Shown here piece after piece: positions 29,786 through 38,570 of a DNA stretch of 51,832 nt (the first letter of the stretch is position 1; each line of letters begins with the position of its first letter). This DNA comes from an uncultured Clostridia bacterium (GTDB lineage: Bacteria; Bacillota_I; Bacilli_A; RF39; UBA660): positions 1 through 51,832 of the forward strand of contig CAMVCF010000004.1 of assembly GCA_947165945.1 (NCBI GenBank), read 5' to 3'. The notes beneath the pieces are model-generated. The model was given only the letters and a program-made list of their open reading frames with translations, ran no database searches and was not told the DNA's origin. Both the position numbers and the translations under genes were made by a program.

Positions 29786-29816
29786 ACTATGTTAGAAAAC
29801 TAATATAGTTTTTTTT
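29786..29816 (+). terminator. Intrinsic terminator after jag (hairpin copy A)
   Basis: ACTATGTTAG-AAAA-CTAATATAGT followed by a T-tract. Confidence 0.75.
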
Positions 29817-29825
29817 ATTTCATAA

Positions 29826-29842
29826 TTCGACAAAGTTCGACA
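29826..29842. promoter_or_regulatory. Tandem perfect Spo0A boxes
   Basis: TTCGACA-aag-TTCGACA (two TGTCGAA boxes on the opposite strand, 10-bp period), upstream of TATACT (29854) and an AGGAGG SD. Confidence 0.7.
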
Positions 29843-29875
29843 ATTATATATTCTATACTAATATCAGGAGGATAT

Positions 29876-30784
29876 ATGACAAATGAATTAAAAAGAATTA
29901 CAAAAGAAATTGATAAGGAGTTTATTAAGTATTTTATTGCAGATAGAGATATTGAAACTATATTTGTAGTAGGATCAATGGCATGTGATGATTACAAAGA
30001 TAGAATTGATAATGACTATGATATTAGAGTCATAGCAAATAATGTAAATCGTGATAAAATTAGTAACTTTGAAAATTTTTTAGTAGATTTAAGTAAAAAG
30101 TTAACAACTAAAAAAATAGAAGTTGGCTACTCTACTATTGTTGGTCCTGTAAATCATAAGGTATCAAGTAATAAGCAAAATATCTTAATTCATGCAATGA
30201 TTCATAGAACAGATCAAATGGATGATTTTTTACCTATTACTCATAAATATCAATATGGAAATAGATATAGAATAGTTTATGGAAAAGATAGTTTAGAGAA
30301 ATTTAAAAATGTAAGATATACAATAGATGAATTGATAAATGCTCACGAAGGACTTATTTATTGCATTGATATGTTAAAAAAACACGAATATAGATATTTA
30401 ACATGGGATATTAATGAAAATAAATGTGAATTTAATTACCATTCGATTCCTATGACGGAAGATATTGTATTAGAAAATTGTTTTTATTCTGTGAATAAGT
30501 TTATTGATAATTTAATGAATTATTGTAGGTGGGAAAATTATGATATTCCTGAGGATAAAATAATATTTTGTATTAGATTACTTGGTCAAAGAAATATTCG
30601 AGAAGATACTTTATTTTTATTACAAAGCTTATTTAATAAAAATGAAATAATGTTAAAAACTTTATTTGCAAATCCTTTAATAGAAACTATTCATTTATTA
30701 GAAGAATATAAATTTTGTATTCAATATTTAGATAGTATATTTCCTAAAAAAGAAGAAAAAAGTAAGAAATTGGTGAAAAATTAA
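29876..30784 (+). CDS. Putative pol-beta-superfamily nucleotidyltransferase
   Basis: IFVVGS-x11-DYDIRVI matches the hG[GS]-x9-13-Dh[DE]h signature; the C-terminal half is helical and unrecognised. Confidence 0.65.
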   Translation: MTNELKRITKEIDKEFIKYFIADRDIETIFVVGSMACDDYKDRIDNDYDIRVIANNVNRDKISNFENFLVDLSKKLTTKKIEVGYSTIVGPVNHKVSSNKQNILIHAMIHRTDQMDDFLPITHKYQYGNRYRIVYGKDSLEKFKNVRYTIDELINAHEGLIYCIDMLKKHEYRYLTWDINENKCEFNYHSIPMTEDIVLENCFYSVNKFIDNLMNYCRWENYDIPEDKIIFCIRLLGQRNIREDTLFLLQSLFNKNEIMLKTLFANPLIETIHLLEEYKFCIQYLDSIFPKKEEKSKKLVKN

Positions 30785-30789
30785 ACAAT

Positions 30790-31896
30790 ATGGAAGTAAA
30801 CTATGAAAAAGATAATTTAGTAAACTTATCTAATTCTATATTAAAATATTTTGGAATTAAAACATTTCATAATACTATAGAATATGTTGATATTTTATTA
30901 AAAGAAAAAAAGTTTAAAAATGTTATTTTATTTGTATGTGATGGATTAGGTTATTACAATTTAAATCAATGTTTAACTCAAAATTGTTTTTTAAGAAAAA
31001 AACAAGTAATGAATTTAAAAAGTGTTTTTCCATCGACTACCACATCAGCAACAACATCACTTTTGACAGGATTAACTCCATCAGAACATAATTGGTTAGG
31101 ATGGGATATGTTTTTCAAAGATACAGCTGAAACTATTTCTTTATATTTAAATAAGGTTAAAGATACTAAAAGTATCCCTAAATTAAATGTATATGATCGA
31201 AGTTATATGAAAATACAAACTATAGTTGATTTAATAAATAATAATCCATCTAATTTAGCATACTATGCCTACCCTTTTAGTGTTGAAAACAAATGTATAA
31301 ATCTTGATGAAGTAATTAATCGAATAGAAGAGTTAACAAAAGATGGTGATAAAAAGTTTATTTATGCATATATAGAAAATCCTGATAAATTAATGCATAA
31401 ATATGGAATATATTCAAATATAGTAAAAGATAAAGTAAAAGAAATTAATAGTAAATTAGAAAGTTTGAGTCGAAAAATAAAAGATACAGTTATCTTTGTA
31501 ACAGCTGATCATGGTTTAATTTCAACTAATTATATTAATTTAAAAGAAGATATGAAAGAGTTATATGATATGCTTTCGAGGACTACTTCTATAGAATCTA
31601 GATGTGTAGGTTTAAAGTTAAAAGAAGACATTAATATTAACGAGTTTATTAATTACTATAATAAAAATTTAAAATCAAATTTTCAATTATTATCAGTTAA
31701 TGAGGTAATAGAAAATAAACTTTTTGGAAATGTAGATAGTACTTATTTAAGAGATGCAATAGGAGATTATTTGTTAGTAGCCGTTGGTAATAAATCAATT
31801 AATTATGATAATAATTCTCCAAAATTTAGGGCAAATCATGCAGGATATACAAAAGATGAAATGATAGTTCCTTTAATAGTTATAGAATGCAAGTAA
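30790..31896 (+). CDS. Alkaline-phosphatase-superfamily nucleotide pyrophosphatase/phosphodiesterase
   Basis: CDGLG, SVFPSTT (Thr nucleophile), PDKLMH, TADHG, NHAG...EM.VP give a complete metal-ligand set; no signal peptide. Confidence 0.9.
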   Translation: MEVNYEKDNLVNLSNSILKYFGIKTFHNTIEYVDILLKEKKFKNVILFVCDGLGYYNLNQCLTQNCFLRKKQVMNLKSVFPSTTTSATTSLLTGLTPSEHNWLGWDMFFKDTAETISLYLNKVKDTKSIPKLNVYDRSYMKIQTIVDLINNNPSNLAYYAYPFSVENKCINLDEVINRIEELTKDGDKKFIYAYIENPDKLMHKYGIYSNIVKDKVKEINSKLESLSRKIKDTVIFVTADHGLISTNYINLKEDMKELYDMLSRTTSIESRCVGLKLKEDININEFINYYNKNLKSNFQLLSVNEVIENKLFGNVDSTYLRDAIGDYLLVAVGNKSINYDNNSPKFRANHAGYTKDEMIVPLIVIECK

Positions 31897-31917
31897 AAAT
31901 TATATAAAAAAATGATT

Positions 31918-31945
31918 ACTATGTTAAAAATGTGACATAGTTTTT
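31918..31945 (+). terminator. Terminator hairpin (copy B), overlapping the mnmE -35
   Basis: ACTATGTTA-AAAATG-TGACATAGT-TTTT. Confidence 0.65.
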
Positions 31946-31960
31946 ATTTTGTGATATAAT
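31932..31960 (+). promoter_or_regulatory. SigA promoter of mnmE
   Basis: GTGACA-N17-TATAAT with extended TG. Confidence 0.7.
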
Positions 31961-31992
31961 CTATACCGAAAAAGTTCTTAAGGGGTGATTTT

Positions 31993-33348
31993 ATGAACGA
32001 TACAATTGCAAGTATTGCAACAAGTTTAGGTGTTGGAGCAATATCTATTATTCGTGTAAGCGGAAAAGAAAGTATTAAAATAGTAAATAAACTATTTAAA
32101 GGAGCTGACTTAGAAAGTGTTTCTAGTCATACTATTCATTATGGTCATATAGTAAGTAATTCAGAAATAATTGATGAAGTATTAGTAACTGTAATGAGAA
32201 GTCCTAAGACATATACAACAGAGGATATAGTAGAAATAAATTGTCATGGTGGAATAGCTTCTACTAATAAAGTTTTAGAATTATTATTACTTAATGGATG
32301 TCGTATGGCAGATCCTGGTGAATTTACGAAAAGAGCATTTTTAAATGGAAGAATAGATTTACTAGAAGCAGAAGCAGTATCAGATCTTATTAATAGTGAA
32401 TCAGATCTAGAAAGAAAAGTAGCAATTAATGGATTACAAGGGAATTTAAGTATTTTAATTAAAAATTTAAGAGATAAAATATTAAAAATTATTAGTAATA
32501 TTGAAGTTAATATTGATTATCCAGAGTATCAAGATATTTACGAAGTAACTATTGATGATTTGAAAAATGAATTACCATATATTAAAGAAAAATTAGAAAA
32601 AATAGTAAAAGATTATGAAGATACAAGACTAATATATTCAGGAATTAAAGTTGCAATTGTTGGACGTCCTAATGTTGGAAAAAGTAGTTTACTTAATAAA
32701 TTATTAGATTCAGAAAAAGCAATTGTTACAAATATACCAGGTACAACAAGAGATATTGTTGAAGGACAAATACTTTTAGATGGTATTAAACTAAACTTTA
32801 TCGATACCGCCGGAATTAGAGAAACTAATGATATAGTTGAAAAAATTGGAGTGGAAAAAAGTTTAAATATTATTGATGATGCGGATTTGGTCTTATTACT
32901 ATTGAATAATAATGAATCTCTTATTGAAGAAGATCAAAGATTAATTGACAAAGTTTGTTCTAAAACAACAATTTTTGTAATTAATAAAAATGATTTAGAA
33001 ACAAAATTAGATATAAAAAAATTAAATTTAGAAAATGTTGTTTCAATTAATACTTTTGATTCTTCTGAAATTGATAAATTAAAAAATAAAATAAAAGATT
33101 TATTTTCTATTGATAAAATTAATAATGGTGATTTTACTTATATTACTAATATTCGACAAATTACTAAAATTAAAGAATGTTTAAATATCGTTTTAGAAAT
33201 AGAAGATGGAGTAAATAAAAATATTGATCTTGATATGTTAGAAATAGATTTAAAAGATGTTTGGAATAAATTAGGATTAATTATAGGTGAATCTTATGAT
33301 GAAGAATTACTTGATGATTTGTTTAAAAACTTTTGTGTTGGGAAGTGA
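31993..33348 (+). CDS. mnmE: tRNA modification GTPase MnmE
   Basis: DTIASIAT, EINCHGG, GEFTKRAFLNG, GRPNVGKSS, GTTRD, DTAGIR, FCVGK. Confidence 0.98.
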   Translation: MNDTIASIATSLGVGAISIIRVSGKESIKIVNKLFKGADLESVSSHTIHYGHIVSNSEIIDEVLVTVMRSPKTYTTEDIVEINCHGGIASTNKVLELLLLNGCRMADPGEFTKRAFLNGRIDLLEAEAVSDLINSESDLERKVAINGLQGNLSILIKNLRDKILKIISNIEVNIDYPEYQDIYEVTIDDLKNELPYIKEKLEKIVKDYEDTRLIYSGIKVAIVGRPNVGKSSLLNKLLDSEKAIVTNIPGTTRDIVEGQILLDGIKLNFIDTAGIRETNDIVEKIGVEKSLNIIDDADLVLLLLNNNESLIEEDQRLIDKVCSKTTIFVINKNDLETKLDIKKLNLENVVSINTFDSSEIDKLKNKIKDLFSIDKINNGDFTYITNIRQITKIKECLNIVLEIEDGVNKNIDLDMLEIDLKDVWNKLGLIIGESYDEELLDDLFKNFCVGK

Positions 33349-33791
33349 ATAAATTGAGAGAATATGTGAAATATGAATATAAAGAAGGTAAATATAAATA
33401 TGGATATTATTTACAAAAATTAGATATTCAATTTATGATGAATTTAGGAATATCATGTCCAAGTCAAATAAAAGAAATATATGGTAATGGATTTAAAGAA
33501 GAAGAATTACCAGAATACGTTTATTTTAAGGATCCAGAGGTAGTTGAATTTATATCACGTCAGTATTACATTAGAGATTTTATTGAACTAGCTAATATGA
33601 ATCTTTATGAAATGGAATTATTGTTAAAATACTATGAAAAACAAGTATTAGGACTTGAAAAAACTATAAATAGAATTAGTAATAAAGAAAAATTAGTTGA
33701 TTTAGAAACAAAGTTAAAAATTCTAAAGAATGAAATGCAAAGTATAATTTATTTAAGAGATGATTTAATAGATAAAAATATTAGGAAGTGA
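33345..33791 (+). CDS. Hypothetical protein with C-terminal coiled coil (start uncertain)
   Basis: Fills the mnmE-mnmG gap; the GTG at 33345 overlaps the mnmE stop (GTGA). Confidence 0.65.
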   Translation: MNKLREYVKYEYKEGKYKYGYYLQKLDIQFMMNLGISCPSQIKEIYGNGFKEEELPEYVYFKDPEVVEFISRQYYIRDFIELANMNLYEMELLLKYYEKQVLGLEKTINRISNKEKLVDLETKLKILKNEMQSIIYLRDDLIDKNIRK

Positions 33792-33795
33792 TGAT

Positions 33796-35652
33796 ATGGA
33801 ATATGATATTATTGTTGTAGGTGGAGGACATGCAGGATGTGAAGCAAGTTTAGCATCATCAAGACTTAAAAATAAAACTTTACTTGTAACGGGAAATATT
33901 AAAAATATTGCTGATATGCCTTGTAATCCATCAATTGGAGGTCCTGCTAAAGGAATATTAGTAAGAGAAATAGATGCCTTAGGTGGAGAGATGGGAATTA
34001 ATACTGATAAAAGTCACATTCAACTTAAAATGTTAAATACTAAAAAAGGTCCAGCTGTCCGTGCATTACGTGCTCAAGCAGATAAAATAGTTTATCCTAA
34101 AGAAATGCTAAAAACTTTAAATAAGACAAAAAATCTAGAAATAAAAGAATCAATTGTTGATGATTTAGTAGTTCAAAATAACAAAGTTTTGGGAATTAAA
34201 TTAGAAGATGGAACTATTATTAAAAGTAAAATAGTAATTCTTACAACTGGTACTTATTTAAAATCTGATGTATTAGTTGGATCATCTAGAATTTCTTCTG
34301 GTCCTCATGGAGAAAAACCTGCAAAGAATTTAAGTGATAATTTAAAAAAATTAGGTCTTTCTATTCAAAGATTAAAAACCGGAACTCCCCCAAGAATCGA
34401 AAAAAGTTCTATAGATTTTTCAGTTTTAGAAAGAGAAGATGGAGATAAAAAATTAAGAACATTTTCTTATGATACTACCCCACTTTATAAAATAGAAGAT
34501 CAAATCCCTTGCTTTTTAACTTACACTAATCAAGAAACTCATAATATTATTAATAATAATTTAAAAAAGTCTAGTATGTATGGCGGATACGTTACTGGAA
34601 TTGGACCAAGATATTGTCCGTCTATAGAAGATAAAGTGGTTAAATTTAAAGATAAAGAGAGACATCAATTATTTTTAGAACCAGAAAGTATTTATTATGA
34701 TGATATTTATTTACAAGGTTTTTCAACAAGTATGCCTCATGATATTCAAGAAGAAATGGTTCATAGTTTAAAAGGACTTGAACATGCTAAAATCAAAAAA
34801 TATGCGTATGCAATTGAGTATGATGCAATTGATCCACAAGAAGTAAATCCTAGTTTAGAAAATAAGATTATTGAAAATTTATTTACAGCTGGTCAAATAA
34901 ATGGGACAAGTGGATATGAGGAAGCAGCAGCACAAGGACTTATAGCAGGAATAAATGCAAGTCTTAAATTACAAGGAAAAGAACCTTTAATTTTAAAAAG
35001 GGATGAGGCATATATTGGTGTTTTAATAGATGATTTAGTAACTAAAGGAACCAAAGAGCCATATCGAATGCTGACTAGTCGAGCTGAATATAGACTTTTA
35101 CTTCGTCATGATAATGCTGATATACGTCTTAGAAAATATGGGTATGAAATAGGTTTAATTGATGAAAAAAAATATGAAACATTTAAAAATAAGCTAAGAG
35201 ATATAACTAAACTTACAAAGTATTTAAAAGATCATAAAATAACTACTAAAGAAAACGATGTAATAGAAAAATTAGATACATCCCCTATTTTAGATGGCAT
35301 TACTTATTATGAATTATTAAAAAGACCGAATATTACTTTAGATAATTTAATAGATGTTTTAAATTTAGATATCCCTTATAGTGAGTCTGTAAAAGAGCAA
35401 GTAGAAATATCAATTAAATACGAAGGATACATCAAAAAAGCTTTAAAAGAAGCAGAAAAATTAAAGCAACTTGAAAGTATAAAAATTCCTGAAGATATTA
35501 ATTATCTAAATATTTCAAATATTGCAACTGAAGCAAGACAAAAGTTAGAAATTATAAAACCATTAACTCTTGGACAAGCTTCTCGTATTAGTGGAGTAAA
35601 TCCAAGTGATATAGCTGTTTTATCAGTTTATTTAAAGAGGATTAAAAAATGA
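33796..35652 (+). CDS. mnmG: tRNA uridine-5-carboxymethylaminomethyl modification enzyme MnmG
   Basis: GGGHAGCEA, PCNPSIGG, KTGTPPR, GPRYCPSIEDK, AGQINGTSGYEEAAAQG. Confidence 0.98.
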   Translation: MEYDIIVVGGGHAGCEASLASSRLKNKTLLVTGNIKNIADMPCNPSIGGPAKGILVREIDALGGEMGINTDKSHIQLKMLNTKKGPAVRALRAQADKIVYPKEMLKTLNKTKNLEIKESIVDDLVVQNNKVLGIKLEDGTIIKSKIVILTTGTYLKSDVLVGSSRISSGPHGEKPAKNLSDNLKKLGLSIQRLKTGTPPRIEKSSIDFSVLEREDGDKKLRTFSYDTTPLYKIEDQIPCFLTYTNQETHNIINNNLKKSSMYGGYVTGIGPRYCPSIEDKVVKFKDKERHQLFLEPESIYYDDIYLQGFSTSMPHDIQEEMVHSLKGLEHAKIKKYAYAIEYDAIDPQEVNPSLENKIIENLFTAGQINGTSGYEEAAAQGLIAGINASLKLQGKEPLILKRDEAYIGVLIDDLVTKGTKEPYRMLTSRAEYRLLLRHDNADIRLRKYGYEIGLIDEKKYETFKNKLRDITKLTKYLKDHKITTKENDVIEKLDTSPILDGITYYELLKRPNITLDNLIDVLNLDIPYSESVKEQVEISIKYEGYIKKALKEAEKLKQLESIKIPEDINYLNISNIATEARQKLEIIKPLTLGQASRISGVNPSDIAVLSVYLKRIKK

Positions 35653-36359
35653 ATAAAAAGGATTTTATTGAAGAATTAAAGAAAATTAATATAGAAATAA
35701 CTGAAGAACAATTAAAAAAGTTAGATAGATTTTATGAATTATTAATTAGTTGGAATGAAAAAATTAATTTAACTACTATTACTAATAAGAAAGATGTTTA
35801 TTTAAAACATTTCTATGATAGTCTAACTTTGATAAAAGTTGTTGATTTAACTAAAAATATAACGGTTTTAGATGTCGGGACAGGAGCAGGATTTCCAGGA
35901 ATTGTTTTAAAAATTTTATTTCCAAATTTGAAAATTACTCTACTAGATTCTTTAAATAAGCGAATAAACTATTTAAATGAAATTATAAATCACCTTGATT
36001 TAAAAGATATAAGTACAGTTTGTATGAGAGCAGAAGATTATACCAAACAAAGTCGAGAGATGTATGATTTAGTAGTAGCAAGAGCAGTTAGTAATTTAAG
36101 TATTTTATCTGAAATAACTTTAGCATCATTAAAAGTTGGAGGATATTTAGTTGCTATGAAAGGATTAATGAATGAAGAATTGCAAGAATCAAATGACATT
36201 ATTTCAAAATTAAATTGTAAAATAGTTTCAGTCACTGAATTTAAATTACCAATAGAAGAAAGTACAAGAACATTAGTTAAAATAAAAAAAATAGGAAAAA
36301 CAGATATTAAATATCCAAGAAAATATTCTTTAATTAAAAAAAACATAAAACGAAAATAA
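35649..36359 (+). CDS. rsmG: 16S rRNA m7G527 methyltransferase
   Basis: WNEKINLT, KHFYDSL, LDVGTGAGFPG, ARAV. Confidence 0.97.
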   Translation: MNKKDFIEELKKINIEITEEQLKKLDRFYELLISWNEKINLTTITNKKDVYLKHFYDSLTLIKVVDLTKNITVLDVGTGAGFPGIVLKILFPNLKITLLDSLNKRINYLNEIINHLDLKDISTVCMRAEDYTKQSREMYDLVVARAVSNLSILSEITLASLKVGGYLVAMKGLMNEELQESNDIISKLNCKIVSVTEFKLPIEESTRTLVKIKKIGKTDIKYPRKYSLIKKNIKRK

Positions 36360-36441
36360 ATGTTATAAATTGACATTTTTTTCTTTGGGAAATTAAATTT
36401 TTAAAGGAAAATGAAAAAAATCTTGGTAATTTAAAAAAATG

Positions 36442-36450
36442 TGATATAAT
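36442..36450 (+). promoter_or_regulatory. Extended -10 promoter of noc
   Basis: TGATATAAT about 45 nt upstream of the start. Confidence 0.55.
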
Positions 36451-36495
36451 GATAATATAAGATATGGGAAATATTTTAAGAAGGAAGTGATTATC

Positions 36496-38478
36496 ATGAA
36501 TAAAGATAATGATGAAAATAAAGTTGTTTATTTAAGAATTGATGATATTATTCCAAATCGTTTTCAACCAAGAGAAGTATTTGATGAAGCAGGACTTATG
36601 GAACTTGCTGATTCTATTAAGGAACATGGAGTAATTCAACCAATTATTGTAAGAAGAATTGGAGATAAATATGAGCTTATTGCAGGCGAAAGAAGAAGTA
36701 AAGCCTCATCTCTTGCAGGTCTAACTACAATTCCCGCAATTATAAAAGATATGGATGATCAAGAAAGTGCTAAGGTGTCTTTACTTGAAAATTTACAAAG
36801 AAAAAATTTAAGTGCTATAGAAGAAGCAAGAACATATAAAAGAATATTAGAACTAGATAATATGACTCAAGAAGAGCTTGCTAGAACTATGGGTAGAAGT
36901 CAACCAATGGTTGCTAATAAGCTTAGACTTTTATCTCTTCCTGAAGAAATACAAGATGCTTTAATGAAAAATCAAATTTCAGAGCGTCATGCTAGAAGTC
37001 TTTTAAATATCAAAAATAAAAAAGATCAATTGGAATTTTTAGATAAGATAAGAAATGAAAGATTAACAGTAAGAGAACTTGATGCTTTGATTAAAGAATA
37101 TAAGGAAAATGGTGAAAATATATCTCGTAATCAAGTTGAAGAATCAAATGATATTTTTAATGAAAGGAGTAATATGAACAATAACAGATCTAATTTTGGT
37201 GGAATGGGCTTGAATGACTATCAATCAAGTGTAAATAATAATATGTTTAATAACATTCCAAATAACTTTAATAATATGGCTAATAATGTTGCTCAAAATA
37301 ATAATACATCTTTTAACTATAATAATTTTGATCAAAATAATTTAAATAATCAATCATCACTAGGATCAATGTTTGATAATGCAAATACATTAAATACAGA
37401 TTCTACTTTAAATAATGATAATAATTCAAATCTATTTGTAAGTCATATCAGAGAAGATAACCTTCCTAGAATAGAAAATCAATTCTTACCTAACTTTGAT
37501 ACATTTAATCCAACACCGAAAGATTATCAAAGTTTTCAAAATACAGAAACATCTAATAGATTTGAGATGAATAATAATATTCCAGATAATAATAATTATA
37601 ATACATTTTCTTCAAATCCAATAGAATTTAATATGGGAGTGAATAATCAACAATTTAATGATATTAATTCTACCAATCAAAATCCAAATTTTGAATCTAA
37701 TTTCCAATTAAATAATGGATTTGATCGCTTTTCAAATGATAATAATAGTTATTTTGATAATAATTTATATAATACAATGGATAATAATAATCGTGATATT
37801 TCTATGAATAGAATGAGTGAGTATAATAATGTATCAAATTTTGTTCCAGAATTTGATGGAAATAATCCAAATACAGTAAGTTTCAATGGTGATACTTATG
37901 ATAATAATGGTGGATTATTTAACCAACCTTTAAATATTGTAGATATACCTAGAAATACCCAAGTAGAATATAATCAAGAATCAAATATTGAAAACAATAA
38001 TTCATTAAAATTTGATAATAAAGAAGAATCAGAGATAGGAAGTTTAGAAAATAGAAATGAAAATCCATTTGATGATCAGTATGAAAATATTTTATTTGCT
38101 AAACCTGTTCCTCTTACTGAAGATGAAGAAGAGCAATCTGATATTAATCAAATAGAAAGTACAACAGATACACAAAAAGAAGATGATAATAAAGAAATAA
38201 ATGATGTTCAATTGGAAGAAAAAAATTCAGATATTGAAATTATTGGTGAAATAGAACCAAAAGAAGAAATTGTTTCTGATTCTTTAAAAGAAAATGAGAA
38301 AAATGAATATATTAGTTTAGAACCTACGATTACAATTAAAAATACAAATGATGCAGTTTTAGAGTTGAAAAAGACAACAGATAAAATTAAACAAAATGGT
38401 ATTGATATAGAAACAGAAGAAATAGATTTTGATGATGTATATCAAATTACTATTAAAATTAAGAAAACTGATTTGTAA
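36496..38478 (+). CDS. noc: Nucleoid occlusion protein Noc (ParB-family CTPase) with a ~400-aa low-complexity insertion
   Basis: PNRFQPR, AGERR, ENLQR, Noc-type HTH (SQ...ANKLRLL...SERHAR) and Noc-like C-terminus (KIKQNGIDIETEEIDFDDVYQITIKIKK); lies between rsmG and soj. ATG 36496 preferred to GTG 36487. Confidence 0.85.
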   Translation: MNKDNDENKVVYLRIDDIIPNRFQPREVFDEAGLMELADSIKEHGVIQPIIVRRIGDKYELIAGERRSKASSLAGLTTIPAIIKDMDDQESAKVSLLENLQRKNLSAIEEARTYKRILELDNMTQEELARTMGRSQPMVANKLRLLSLPEEIQDALMKNQISERHARSLLNIKNKKDQLEFLDKIRNERLTVRELDALIKEYKENGENISRNQVEESNDIFNERSNMNNNRSNFGGMGLNDYQSSVNNNMFNNIPNNFNNMANNVAQNNNTSFNYNNFDQNNLNNQSSLGSMFDNANTLNTDSTLNNDNNSNLFVSHIREDNLPRIENQFLPNFDTFNPTPKDYQSFQNTETSNRFEMNNNIPDNNNYNTFSSNPIEFNMGVNNQQFNDINSTNQNPNFESNFQLNNGFDRFSNDNNSYFDNNLYNTMDNNNRDISMNRMSEYNNVSNFVPEFDGNNPNTVSFNGDTYDNNGGLFNQPLNIVDIPRNTQVEYNQESNIENNNSLKFDNKEESEIGSLENRNENPFDDQYENILFAKPVPLTEDEEEQSDINQIESTTDTQKEDDNKEINDVQLEEKNSDIEIIGEIEPKEEIVSDSLKENEKNEYISLEPTITIKNTNDAVLELKKTTDKIKQNGIDIETEEIDFDDVYQITIKIKKTDL

Positions 38479-38490
38479 TCAGTTTTTTTT
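38464..38490 (+). terminator. Intrinsic terminator after noc
   Basis: AAAACTGATT-TGT-AATCAGTTTT followed by a T-tract. Confidence 0.8.
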
Positions 38491-38570
38491 AATAAATTTA
38501 GAATTTATCTTCCCTATTTACTTCTTTTTTGATAAAATATATGTGCAAGCATATAGAAAAGGTGGTAATC

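Noticed and set aside
29876-31896. CBASS or BREX (PglZ) assignment for the NTase-phosphodiesterase pair
   Set aside because: No effector, Cap2/3 or brx/pglX genes are adjacent, and the phosphodiesterase is a stand-alone 368-aa NPP-type protein.
33152-33158. TTCGACA inside mnmE
   Set aside because: A single intragenic copy with no clear promoter context.
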